A stretch of 64,000 nt of DNA from Candidatus Omnitrophota bacterium. GTDB lineage: Bacteria > Omnitrophota > Gorgyraeia > 1-14-0-20-64-10. The first letter of the stretch is position 1, and the number at the start of each line of letters is the position of its first letter. Both the position numbers and the translations under genes were made by a program. Shown one piece after another: positions 37,443-45,828 of this stretch. The stretch spans positions 7,079 through 71,078 of the forward strand of contig JACOVG010000024.1 in NCBI GenBank assembly GCA_016177405.1, written 5' to 3'. The notes under the pieces are model-generated. The model had not been told where the DNA came from. It made no database searches and saw only the letters and a program-made list of their open reading frames with translations.

Positions 37443-38990
37443 TTGCATACGCTGACCATGGCCACCGCCAATGATGAAAAGATGATCGCCGGACTTCCGA
37501 CACAGCACCAGGCTGCTCTCAGGTGGTTCTCTGAGAATGCCGGAGGAGAATGTCAGTGGCCGGGTTCTTCTCCTGCCGGGCTGCTCGCCAGCAGAGCAAA
37601 AGGGATCTACAAGCCGCGCTGGTCAAAATATGCATTGAGCGTCCGGCAAGCTGTGAACAGCCCGTATCCAAATTTAGAGCCCTCACCGAGAGCTGATGGA
37701 ACCTGGGCTTATTCCTATTTCCAGGAGGGCAAGGATCCGCATCTGCGCGACTCCAGATATACAAACCGAGCGTTAGTCGCATGCTGGCATGATCGCGTTC
37801 CGATCGGAGTACTGAAGCAGGTTAGCGGGCGCCCAAAAGCTCGATACCGGGTGCTAGGCCTTGCCCTCGTAACAGGGTGGAAAAAGGGCTACTTCCTCTT
37901 GGAAGGATTCTCGCCCAGCGGAACAGTAAACCATGGGGATGGGACTCGTGCGCAAGATTGGAGCCGCACTGCTCCTAAACACCTGATCGCCAACATCACA
38001 TGGAATCGCCATGGGTGGAGAAATCTTTATGTGGATCCGCGTGCGGGGCACCGGTACGCTCGAAAATATCCGGGGCACGAATCGTTAAACTTCGACTTTT
38101 CCAAGAAAGGCATCGATACAGCGGATGAAGTTTATGGCCACATTGCATGGACGAGGCCGCCCGCAAAATTCGGGCCTCCCGGTTTCATCTTCTTTTATTC
38201 AAGGAATCTTGATACGGGAGGCGGCGAGATCGTGGGTGTCTATGGCAACGCGCGAATTACAGACAGAAGGAAGGTTCCTTGCAGCGGGTTCCACAACAAT
38301 GTTTTGGAGCTGAATGTCGCTGCCCAGAAGTCCTTGTCCATGCTTTTCCCCGTCCCCCTTAGAGCCAGCCGTTATTCCAACGGCAGGCTGGTTCCCCAAT
38401 GCGGCTTCACCTATATTGGAAAAACTTTGGCGGATGGAATCTTACGCGACGAGATCCATGCCCTTCACACTGCTGGCGGGCCCCGGCTTCCAGAGTTGCA
38501 GAAGCTGAAGAATATCTACTCCCTGGCAACAGGGAAAAACTACCAGGATGATTACCAGGACGACGATCTGCAGCAACAAGAGGAGATAGTCGGCCATCTA
38601 CAGATACAGAAAGTCTCAAGGCAGTCCATCGCAGAAGAGCTTCGCCGCCTCCGGCCAACTGATCCTCAGACGGTCACAATCAGGGCAAAGGCATACAAGC
38701 GGGATAACAAGACTATCGCCCAGCTCAAAATTCTGCGCGGCTTTAAATGTCAGCTTTGCCAAACACAGATCCGAAAAAGAAACGGCGGGTTTTACGCTGA
38801 GGCTGCGCATATTACCCCCAAGAGCCGCAGGGGGCTAGAGATGCCTGACAACATTCTGATTCTCTGTCCGAATCATCACAAGGAATTCGATTTAGGGGAC
38901 AGAAAAATAACGTCTCGGCTGCAGGAGAAAATCGAGTTTTACCTCAACGGTCGGTTTTTTAAGGTCGACCTGCGACTGCTGCGACAGTAA
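37443..38990 (+). CDS. HNH endonuclease with N-terminal modified-base-reader-like (SRA/EVE/PUA-like) domains; putative type IV restriction enzyme
   Basis: The C-terminal HNH motif reads FKCQLCQT...AEAAHITPKS...ILILCPNHHKEFD. The N-terminal beta-rich segments YTNRALVACWHDRVPIGVL and GFIFFYSRNLDTGGGEIVGVYGNARI resemble PUA-like folds. GC is lower (~52%). Confidence 0.65.
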   Translation: MHTLTMATANDEKMIAGLPTQHQAALRWFSENAGGECQWPGSSPAGLLASRAKGIYKPRWSKYALSVRQAVNSPYPNLEPSPRADGTWAYSYFQEGKDPHLRDSRYTNRALVACWHDRVPIGVLKQVSGRPKARYRVLGLALVTGWKKGYFLLEGFSPSGTVNHGDGTRAQDWSRTAPKHLIANITWNRHGWRNLYVDPRAGHRYARKYPGHESLNFDFSKKGIDTADEVYGHIAWTRPPAKFGPPGFIFFYSRNLDTGGGEIVGVYGNARITDRRKVPCSGFHNNVLELNVAAQKSLSMLFPVPLRASRYSNGRLVPQCGFTYIGKTLADGILRDEIHALHTAGGPRLPELQKLKNIYSLATGKNYQDDYQDDDLQQQEEIVGHLQIQKVSRQSIAEELRRLRPTDPQTVTIRAKAYKRDNKTIAQLKILRGFKCQLCQTQIRKRNGGFYAEAAHITPKSRRGLEMPDNILILCPNHHKEFDLGDRKITSRLQEKIEFYLNGRFFKVDLRLLRQ

Positions 38991-39311
38991 AGGGAGGCGG
39001 TGCGACAGTAAACAGGAAGGGAGGCGGTACTGGGTGTGCCATGCTGGATGGTGGTTAGGCTGACGCCTCCCAGTGACCCTAATGAAATGGCCCCCAAGGG
39101 GATTAAGAAGATAACCCTTGAGATCGAGGAGACCTAGAAGACGATTCGCCCAAGGGTTTTTACGGCTGTTCCAAGCCTTCTCCTGCCCTTCCTCCTCTTT
39201 ACAACTGCTGTTTTAGCCCGTCCCGCCGACGTTGAGAACATCCCGCCTGATCGCTATTTCGAAGTTGCCCTGAACGAGATCCAACAGGCCAAATCCTCCA
39301 TATGGCTCACC

Positions 39312-40670
39312 ATGTACCTCGTTGCTCTGCCGCCAACCCGACGGGATTCTAAGGTCTACCGGCTGGTGGACGCGCTGGTGGACGCCAAGGAGAGAGGCGT
39401 GGACGTTCAGGTGGCGCTGGACCGGAACATCGCCTGGACGGAGGATAACAATCTCGGATTCTGGAATTCCGCCGGGAAGAACGAGAAGGCCTACCGGTAT
39501 CTCCGGGAGAAGGGGGTGAAGGCCTACTTCGATGATGAGGCGGTCTTCACGCATGCCAAGGCGCTGGTGGCCGACCAGAAGACCGTGATCTTAGGCTCGA
39601 CCAACTGGAGTGAGGCGGCACTGACCCGCAACGTGGAAGCCAACGTCCTGATCCGGTCCAAGGCGTTTGCTGAAGAAATTCTGAAGGGTTTCGAGACGCT
39701 GAAGCTCTACGCGCCGGAGATCGGGAACTCCGAAACCGTCGTGGTGCCGCTGGCATTCCTCAACAGTAAGCAACTGCTGGGACGGATGGTGGCCGCCCAT
39801 GATGACCGGTCTTTTGACACCTACCTCTTTCTGCTCAAGGTCCTGGGTAAAAAAGGGGAGGGGAAAGAGGAGATCGCGGGTTATGAGGCGCTCAAGGAGC
39901 TGCTCGGAATCCGGGGCGAAAACGAGTGGAATAACGGGCGGGCTGTCAGGAGGGTCCTGAAGCGGCTGCAAGACAACTACGGGCTGGTCACCCTTTCTTA
40001 CAAGCGGGGAGAAGAACCGGTGGTTTCTCTGAAGGCGATAGAGGACCGAACCGGGCCGGGTTTGGCTTCCGGCGCGCAGGTGGTGGAGATTCCCGTCACT
40101 TACTGGGAATGGGGCTGGAATAAGGAATTGAGCTTTCCGGGAAGGGTGATGTACGTTCTGGGAACGATGTATTCCTCCGCGTCGCGGACGGCCCCGACCT
40201 GGTTCAGATCGGGGGATGATTTGGTGAAGAGACATGGTTTCGCAAGGATGTTTCTTCAGGACGGGTTTATGGACCTGCGGCGGCATAATCTGGTGGAGGT
40301 TCGGCCGGATCGGCTCAAGCCCGGGAATTACAGCGGCCGGAAGGCGAATCGGTACGCTCCCAACCCGCTGTATGACCCGCGGGAATTGAAACGCAGATTC
40401 ACGGAGCTTAAGGAACGCTACGGAAAAAAGAAGGTGCAAAAGGCCGCGGGCTACGCCTCGCTGGTCTACGAAGACAGCGATGTGGAGGCGGTGGAGCGGC
40501 TGATTCTGCTGGAGGAGGAGTTCGGGGCGGAAGTGGTCCAGCGGGCGGCGAGAGTTGTGGGGAAGATGCACGGCAGCAACCCCAAAAAGACGGTGGGGTA
40601 CCTGATCGCAACCATCCAGGGTATTGGGACCCGGGAAGGCCGGAAGGTTCCCCTTCCTAGTCGAAACTGA
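39312..40670 (+). CDS. Phospholipase D / Nuc-family (HKD) protein with a ~300-aa C-terminal extension
   Basis: The HKD motif HAKALVADQKTVILGSTNWS is present. The upstream in-frame sequence (39138-39311) encodes a signal-peptide-like stretch and the first beta-strands, but it is closed by a TAG at 39135 and has no ATG/GTG/TTG start. Confidence 0.6.
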   Translation: MYLVALPPTRRDSKVYRLVDALVDAKERGVDVQVALDRNIAWTEDNNLGFWNSAGKNEKAYRYLREKGVKAYFDDEAVFTHAKALVADQKTVILGSTNWSEAALTRNVEANVLIRSKAFAEEILKGFETLKLYAPEIGNSETVVVPLAFLNSKQLLGRMVAAHDDRSFDTYLFLLKVLGKKGEGKEEIAGYEALKELLGIRGENEWNNGRAVRRVLKRLQDNYGLVTLSYKRGEEPVVSLKAIEDRTGPGLASGAQVVEIPVTYWEWGWNKELSFPGRVMYVLGTMYSSASRTAPTWFRSGDDLVKRHGFARMFLQDGFMDLRRHNLVEVRPDRLKPGNYSGRKANRYAPNPLYDPRELKRRFTELKERYGKKKVQKAAGYASLVYEDSDVEAVERLILLEEEFGAEVVQRAARVVGKMHGSNPKKTVGYLIATIQGIGTREGRKVPLPSRN

Positions 40671-40833
40671 AGTGAGTCTGGGGATTCTCTTTCTGGATCA
40701 TTCCTTGGATTACCCCGACGAGCTGTGAAGCGGCCTTGAGGGCGCTTTCCGCTTCCGTGAGGGTTCCAAGTGTTCCACCAGCGCGGCATAATTCTTTCCT
40801 AAGAGCTGGTGGGTCAGTGAATTCAAGCAGCAT
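40657..40833 (-). CDS. Small ORF (58 aa) overlapping the 3' end of the wHTH-NTase gene
   Basis: The translation is MLLEFTDPPALRKELCRAGGTLGTLTEAESALKAASQLVGVIQGMIQKENPQTHFSFD. It overlaps the NTase gene end by 11 bp and has no recognised motif. Confidence 0.25.
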   Translation of the reverse strand: MLLEFTDPPALRKELCRAGGTLGTLTEAESALKAASQLVGVIQGMIQKENPQTHFSFD

Positions 40834-41389
40834 TCGGGTTTCCCTTTAGGGGGATCTTCCTGTCGGTCAGCACTTCCTCAAGGAAAGGGTCGTTTTTGTT
40901 TCGTTTCTGGCGGTATTCGTCTTCGCTGTACAGCTTGTAGTTGATCTCCCGCTGGAGCTTCTTCTCAAGGCGCGTGATTTCCCGAACGAGTTTATCCTCC
41001 ACGCTGGGTTTTCCGACGACCAGCAGATCGATGTCGGAATCCTTCCGCTGGCCGCCCTTCGCGAAGGATCCATAGATCAGGGCTACCCTTACTTCGGGAA
41101 GCCGTTCAACGAGGTTCCGCAGGGTTCCTTCCACGCCGGTCGTTTTGGCGACGATCCTTTTCAGCTCGGGGTAAAGGGGGTGGCGGGTATCCGCCTGAAA
41201 GAAACGGGCGTGGCCTCGGTATTCACTTTTAAGGAGTCCCTCCTCCGTCAGTGAGTTTAGAGCGCGTTGAAAAACCCCGGGCTTCTTCCCCAGGGTCCTT
41301 CCTACCTCCTGCATGTAGAAGGACTTCTCGGGGTTTGTGTAGAACAAACCAAGAAGAAGAAGCCGGTTTTGGCTTAAGAGCTGTTTCAT
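40823..41389 (-). CDS. Winged-HTH + nucleotidyltransferase-domain protein
   Basis: The start was set at the internal Met (MKQLLSQNRLLLLGLFYTNPEKSFYMQEVGRTLGKKPGVFQRALNSLTEEGLL = wHTH). The NTase motif LIYGSFAKGGQRKDSDIDLLVVG is present. Confidence 0.7.
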   Translation of the reverse strand: MKQLLSQNRLLLLGLFYTNPEKSFYMQEVGRTLGKKPGVFQRALNSLTEEGLLKSEYRGHARFFQADTRHPLYPELKRIVAKTTGVEGTLRNLVERLPEVRVALIYGSFAKGGQRKDSDIDLLVVGKPSVEDKLVREITRLEKKLQREINYKLYSEDEYRQKRNKNDPFLEEVLTDRKIPLKGNPNAA

Positions 41390-41406
41390 CGGGCCAATTG
41401 TCGATC

Positions 41407-41424
41407 TGCATACGATTGTATGCA
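41407..41424. promoter_or_regulatory. Perfect inverted repeat TGCATAC-gatt-GTATGCA, a candidate operator upstream of the wHTH-NTase gene
   Basis: The palindrome lies 18 bp upstream of the wHTH-NTase start codon. It sits in an AT-rich spacer. Confidence 0.35.
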
Positions 41425-41459
41425 TAATGCATAGATTTGGAAGGGAATTGTGAATCCCG

Positions 41460-41525
41460 GCCCGCAACAGAAGGGAATTGACCGGCCTGAAAAAAATCGG
41501 TATCATCAAACTCATCATGCCGTTT
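41460..41525 (+). repeat. Direct repeat copy 1 (duplicate of the tkt promoter, 5'UTR and first codons)
   Basis: This ~65-66 bp stretch is identical to 60810-60875. It includes TTGACC-17 bp-TATCAT and ATGCCGTTT. Here it is followed by only a 24-codon ORF. Confidence 0.75.
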
Positions 41526-41752
41526 TCGAAAAAAAGGTGCCAGGCGCCTCAAGAGCTAAAACAAAAAGCACCAGGCGGGAAGAGTTGACCGCGAGAGCGC
41601 CAAAGTTGCGAGGGTAAAGCAGGGAGATGTCGCTCTTTAAAGGTGTTCTTTGAAAGTGATTGAAGCTGATTGCGAACCTTGATAACATACCGCTCATGGA
41701 TGGGGAGCTGTGGGAGCTATAAAATTCAAGAAATAAATACTTTTAGAAATCA

Positions 41753-41763
41753 GGGGGGGGGGG
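41753..41763. repeat. Homopolymeric G11 tract
   Basis: The sequence is aaatcaGGGGGGGGGGGcgcc, about 100 bp upstream of the histidine kinase gene. Confidence 0.8.
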
Positions 41764-41859
41764 CGCCTCGAAACTGTAGATTTTTCCCAAGGCAGATACG
41801 GCGGCCTGTTTGCCAGGAGAAGTGATGGCGAACGGGCCGCCGCATTTTTATAACACCCC

Positions 41860-43155
41860 ATGAGCAATCCGCCCATTAAAGTGTTGTTGATCGAGGACGA
41901 TGCCGAATGCGCAGACGCCCTGCGGGAAATGCTGTCTCAAGAGAAGAACCCTTCCTTCGAGATGGAATGCGCCAAGAAGCTCCAGACAGGGTTGGAACGC
42001 CTTGCAAAAGGCGGCATCCATGTCGTCTTATTGGACCTGGTCCTTCCGGATTCTCAAGGACTTGACACGTTGGCGAGGGTGCAGGCGCAGGCGGCTGAGA
42101 TTCCGATCATCGTTGTGACGGGTATGGCGGATGAAACGCATGCCCTGGAGGCTTTGAGGCATGGGGCGCAGGAGTATCTGGTCAAGGGGGAGGTGCATGG
42201 CAAGATGCTCTCGCGCGTCATGCGCTATGCCATGGAGCGTATGTGTGCGGAAGAACGTGTCAAGGTGGAGAAGGCGCAGGCGGAACGCCTGGCCAAAGAA
42301 TTGGATCGGGTCGTCAAGGAATTGAAGGAAGCCCAGGAAGAGATGCTCCGCCGCGAGAAGGTTCTCGCCACAGGGGAACTGGCCGCTGCGGTAGCGCACG
42401 AGATCCGGAATCCCCTATCCATCATTTCCATGTCGGTCCAGTACCTCCAATCCAAGTTTCTCTCCAAGGACCCCCGCCGGGAGTTCACCGAGGCCATTGT
42501 CCGAAAGGTTCAGAGGCTGGATGCCGTTACCAAGCGCCTGGTCTCCTACGGCCGGCACCGAGAGCTTAAACTGGTCCGCCGCAATCTGAAACGGTGCCTG
42601 GGTCGGACCTTAAGCCTGATGAAGGTTCACTGCAAAGCCCAAGGGATCGCCATCGTTCGCCGGTACAGCTCGAAGCTCCCCCTGGTGGTGGTGGACGAGG
42701 AGATGCTCGATGAGGCGCTCACCAATCTGCTCACCAACGCGGTGGAGGCGATGCCAAAGGGGGGCAAACTTATGTTGGAGGCGGCCTACGATCCGGCGCG
42801 AGACGAAGCCGTCATCAAGATAAACGACACCGGCATAGGCATCTTGCCCAAGTACCGTGAGGACCTCTTTAAGCCCTTCTTCAGCACCAAGAAGGAAAGC
42901 GGCGGCACCGGCTTAGGACTTGCCATCTCCCATCGGATTATTGCTGACCATGGGGGGAGCGTCACGGTCGAGAGTTGCATCTCGGGAGCGAACCGTGGGA
43001 CCAGCTTTACCATCCGATTGCCAGTCAAGGGGCCCCATCTCTTGCCGCCGTCGTCACGCGCATCCGCTGTTTCATTCGGAGATTATGACAAACAAGGTAA
43101 AAAAGTCGTTGAGTCAGAAACCGCCCACCACGCCGCCGCGTCTGCTCATCATTGA
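41860..43155 (+). CDS. Hybrid sensor histidine kinase (N-terminal receiver + HisKA + HATPase_c)
   Basis: The receiver begins VLLIEDD...DLVLPD. The H-box is AAVAHEIRNPL, the N-box is LLTNAVEAM, and the G-boxes are DTGIGI / GGTGLGLAI. Confidence 0.85.
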   Translation: MSNPPIKVLLIEDDAECADALREMLSQEKNPSFEMECAKKLQTGLERLAKGGIHVVLLDLVLPDSQGLDTLARVQAQAAEIPIIVVTGMADETHALEALRHGAQEYLVKGEVHGKMLSRVMRYAMERMCAEERVKVEKAQAERLAKELDRVVKELKEAQEEMLRREKVLATGELAAAVAHEIRNPLSIISMSVQYLQSKFLSKDPRREFTEAIVRKVQRLDAVTKRLVSYGRHRELKLVRRNLKRCLGRTLSLMKVHCKAQGIAIVRRYSSKLPLVVVDEEMLDEALTNLLTNAVEAMPKGGKLMLEAAYDPARDEAVIKINDTGIGILPKYREDLFKPFFSTKKESGGTGLGLAISHRIIADHGGSVTVESCISGANRGTSFTIRLPVKGPHLLPPSSRASAVSFGDYDKQGKKVVESETAHHAAASAHH

Positions 43156-44548
43156 CGACGAACCGGACGCAGGCCGGATTCTTTCAAGGATTCTGGGTGA
43201 GCAAGGGTTCGCCGTAGAGACCGCCGCCTCGGGAGAGGAGGGCCTTAGAAGCGTTGAGCGCAGGGCTCCCGATCTGGTCCTGCTTGACGTGGCCCTGCCC
43301 ACGTGGGACGGAATCGAAACGCTGCGGCGGATCAAGGCGCTTAGACCGCAGACAGCGGTCATCATGATGACCGGCCACGAGGCGGTCAAGACGGCGGTGG
43401 AGGCAATGAAATGCGGGGCTTATGACTATCTCCCCAAACCTCTTCCGATGGATCGGCTTCCCCAGATTCTCCGTCAGGCGCTTCAGGTGCGGGCCCTGGA
43501 GCAATCCGCATTTTCCAAGATGCCCACGCGACCGGAACCGGTTGCCCCGGAGGAGATGGTCGGCCAGCACTTAAGCATGGTGGCGATCTTCGATCTTGTC
43601 CGCAGGATCGCCCCCCAGGACTTGACCGTGCTGATTCGGGGAGAGAGCGGAACCGGCAAGGAGCTGATTGCCCGGGCGATCCATACGCTGTCTTTAAAGC
43701 GAGAGAAGCCGTTCGTGCCGGTGGATTGCGCGAGCCTCCCCGAGCCGCTCTTTGAAAGCGAGCTTTTCGGATATGAGCGAGGAGCTTTCACGGGAGCGGA
43801 CGCGCCTAAGGAGGGAAGATTCGAGCAGGCCGAGGGCGGCACGCTCTTCCTGGATGAGATTGGCAACCTGACCCTTGCCGCTCAGGCGAAGCTGTTGCGC
43901 GTCCTCCAGGAACGAGAGATCATCCGGCTGGGAGGCAAGCGCCCCATCAAGATCCATGTGCGTATTTTGGCGGCGACCAACCAGAATCTTGAAAATCTGA
44001 TGGAGAGACAGCTCTTCCGTGAAGACCTCTTTCATCGGCTGAATGTTTTCTCAATCACCCTTCCTCCCCTGCGCCACAGGGGTGAGGATGTGAAGCTTTT
44101 GTGCCGATTTTTCATCAACCGGTTTAATCAAGAGCTGGGCAAGCGGGTCTGCGGCATTTCGGACGAAGCGATGAAACTTCTGTCGAGCTACTTCTGGCCT
44201 GGGAATGTCCGGGAATTGGAAAACACCGTAAAGGGCGCGCTCCTCTTGGCTGATGAGGAGATTTTTCCGGAGCATCTGCCGGAGAAGGTTCAGAGCATGG
44301 GGGCGAGAGGCGGGAGGGAGGAAGCCGGGTTGCCAGGCAACGGAGGGCCTCTTTCCTCGGGATCCCTTCGGGAGATCAGCCGCCGCGCCGCGGAAGGAAC
44401 GGAGAAGCAGCTGATCCTGCGCACCTTGAGGGAGACCCATGGGAACAAAAGGGCTTCCGCTCAAAGGCTGGGCATCGACTACAAAACCCTTTTCAACAAG
44501 CTAAAGGCCTTTGGGGTTACCAAGGATCAGGTGGAGGAGATGAGGTAG
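43085..44548 (+). CDS. Sigma54-dependent response regulator (NtrC family: receiver + AAA+ sigma54-interaction + Fis HTH)
   Basis: The receiver begins RLLIIDDEPD. The Walker A is GESGTGKE, the sigma54-contact motif is GAFTGA, and the C-terminal HTH is QRLGIDYKTLFNKLK. The start was set at ATG 43085. Confidence 0.88.
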   Translation: MTNKVKKSLSQKPPTTPPRLLIIDDEPDAGRILSRILGEQGFAVETAASGEEGLRSVERRAPDLVLLDVALPTWDGIETLRRIKALRPQTAVIMMTGHEAVKTAVEAMKCGAYDYLPKPLPMDRLPQILRQALQVRALEQSAFSKMPTRPEPVAPEEMVGQHLSMVAIFDLVRRIAPQDLTVLIRGESGTGKELIARAIHTLSLKREKPFVPVDCASLPEPLFESELFGYERGAFTGADAPKEGRFEQAEGGTLFLDEIGNLTLAAQAKLLRVLQEREIIRLGGKRPIKIHVRILAATNQNLENLMERQLFREDLFHRLNVFSITLPPLRHRGEDVKLLCRFFINRFNQELGKRVCGISDEAMKLLSSYFWPGNVRELENTVKGALLLADEEIFPEHLPEKVQSMGARGGREEAGLPGNGGPLSSGSLREISRRAAEGTEKQLILRTLRETHGNKRASAQRLGIDYKTLFNKLKAFGVTKDQVEEMR

Positions 44549-44552
44549 GCCT

Positions 44553-44921
44553 ATGGCTAAACTGCTGATTGTAGATGATGAAAAAGACCTTTGCTGGGTG
44601 TTTCAAAGGATCTTTCAGGAAGAGGGGCACTCGGTGGCCACAGCGACCACAGGCCAAGAGGGGATTGCCAAGGCCAGGGTTGACCAGCCGGACTTGATCT
44701 TCCTGGATCTCAAGATGCCTTCGATGGATGGGATTACCTGCTTGAAGAGGCTCCGAACGGTTTCCAAGGTTTCCAAGGTTGTGGTTTTGACCGGCTATGG
44801 TACCTTGAAGACGGCCAAGGAGGCGATGCGCTTGGGTGCCTACGATTACACCGCCAAGCCGTTCGATCTGGACCTCATTCGGGATCTTATCCAAGAAGTG
44901 GCTTCGGTGGCCGGAAGGTAA
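44553..44921 (+). CDS. Single-domain CheY-like response regulator
   Basis: The signature LLIVDDEKD...DLIFLDLKMP...KPF is present. The protein is 122 aa. Confidence 0.8.
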   Translation: MAKLLIVDDEKDLCWVFQRIFQEEGHSVATATTGQEGIAKARVDQPDLIFLDLKMPSMDGITCLKRLRTVSKVSKVVVLTGYGTLKTAKEAMRLGAYDYTAKPFDLDLIRDLIQEVASVAGR

Positions 44922-44928
44922 AGGTTGC

Positions 44929-45591
44929 GTGCGCCAGCTTATCTACATCCCCGTCATCCACACGCAGGTCGACATGGGTTCCATGGGCGGGTCCTTGAAA
45001 GAGGCCTATCTTTCCCGCTACGGAGAGGAGAGGTGGGCCAGCCACGTCAAGGCGATCGAGCAGATGTGGGATGGCATCAAGCGCAAGCTGGGTGCCCTGG
45101 TTCTTGACCCTCCGAGAACGAAACTCTACCAAGATGGTTTGCCCCTCTGCGGAAAGGAGCTTGAGATTGTGACCGAGGTTGCCGCCAGGGGCAGCCGAAA
45201 TCACCAGATTCTTCTCGACCTCGTCCAGAAAGGTTGCGTGCTCATCGGGACAGAATCCCCTCAACTTCTGGTGAAGGAATATCGCCAGATCAAGGAAGCC
45301 GCCGAAGAGGGGAACCGTCCCAAGCCTTTCTGGGAACGGCTGCGGTCACGATGGCAAGCCCAGCAGTTGCTTCTAAGACGCGACCGGTTCATCGCCCGGC
45401 GGATTGCCGAGACCCTTCGTGAGGGTGAAACCGGTCTGCTGTTCATGGGGATTCAACATGGGGTGGACCGCTACCTGCCAAACAGTTTCTCCGTGAGGTA
45501 CCTCTTCCACCGGCTGCCCTTCCAGTACACGAGCCGATTTTCTTCCCCCCCACCGTCATCCTCTCCCCCAAAGGGGGAGAGTGGGAGTTGA
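44929..45591 (+). CDS. Hypothetical protein (GTG start inferred)
   Basis: The ORF frame 44836..45591 overlaps the CheY gene, so GTG 44929 was chosen just after the CheY stop. The C-terminus is encoded by a GGGAGAG-hairpin repeat. Confidence 0.35.
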   Translation: MRQLIYIPVIHTQVDMGSMGGSLKEAYLSRYGEERWASHVKAIEQMWDGIKRKLGALVLDPPRTKLYQDGLPLCGKELEIVTEVAARGSRNHQILLDLVQKGCVLIGTESPQLLVKEYRQIKEAAEEGNRPKPFWERLRSRWQAQQLLLRRDRFIARRIAETLREGETGLLFMGIQHGVDRYLPNSFSVRYLFHRLPFQYTSRFSSPPPSSSPPKGESGS

Positions 45592-45596
45592 GGGGG
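45545..45596. repeat. GGGAGAGGG-hairpin repeat copy
   Basis: The sequence cctctcccccaaagggggagagtgggagttgaggggg is the same family as 16848 and 29478. Confidence 0.5.
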
Positions 45597-45597
45597 T

Positions 45598-45638
45598 TAT
45601 GGAATCCGATCCATAGGACTATGGAACTGGTTCCATAG
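45598..45638. promoter_or_regulatory. Palindrome pair (TATGGAATC-cg-GATCCATAG; perfect CTATGGAAC-tg-GTTCCATAG), a candidate enhancer/UAS for the NtrC-family activator
   Basis: A 20-bp perfect palindrome lies at 45619-45638, with an imperfect copy sharing TATGGAA half-sites at 45598-45616. They are 130-170 bp upstream of the sigma54 promoter. Confidence 0.4.
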
Positions 45639-45765
45639 AATTCCCATTCCTCTGGGTGTCTCAAAACAGAAGCTACAAACACTCTTTCTCTGGTTGAGTC
45701 CCTAACTCATTGCCTTCTCTTAAGTTATGTGGTTTTCCAGAAATCCTGAAGGCTTTTACGAGGTT

Positions 45766-45781
45766 TGGCATGGCTATTGCT
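45766..45781 (+). promoter_or_regulatory. Sigma54 (-24/-12) promoter
   Basis: TGGCATG-gcta-TTGCT matches the TGGCACG-N4-TTGCW consensus with GG/GC correctly spaced. It lies 48 bp upstream of the TTG start of the CheY-gvpA operon. Confidence 0.55.
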
Positions 45782-45828
45782 CAATTAATATGTGGTGAAG
45801 AAGCAGGGTGTCCAAGGAGCATCTCTGA

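Noticed and set aside
38968-39030. A short tandem duplication gcgacagtaaagggaggcggt / gcgacagtaaacaggaagggaggcggt at the 3' end of the HNH gene was considered as a possible CRISPR-like or attachment repeat.
   Set aside because: There are only two imperfect copies and no spacer-repeat periodicity. It is probably a small slippage duplication around the stop codon.
40823-41389. The wHTH-nucleotidyltransferase was considered as an AbiEi/AbiEii-type abortive infection pair.
   Set aside because: AbiE is two separate proteins. Here the HTH and NTase are fused, and the only downstream partner is an unconserved 58-aa ORF. The evidence is insufficient.
41787-41860. A possible sigma54 promoter cGGCggcctgttTGCc upstream of the histidine kinase was considered.
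   Set aside because: The GG/GC spacing is right, but the -24 element has three mismatches. It is too weak to call without TSS data.
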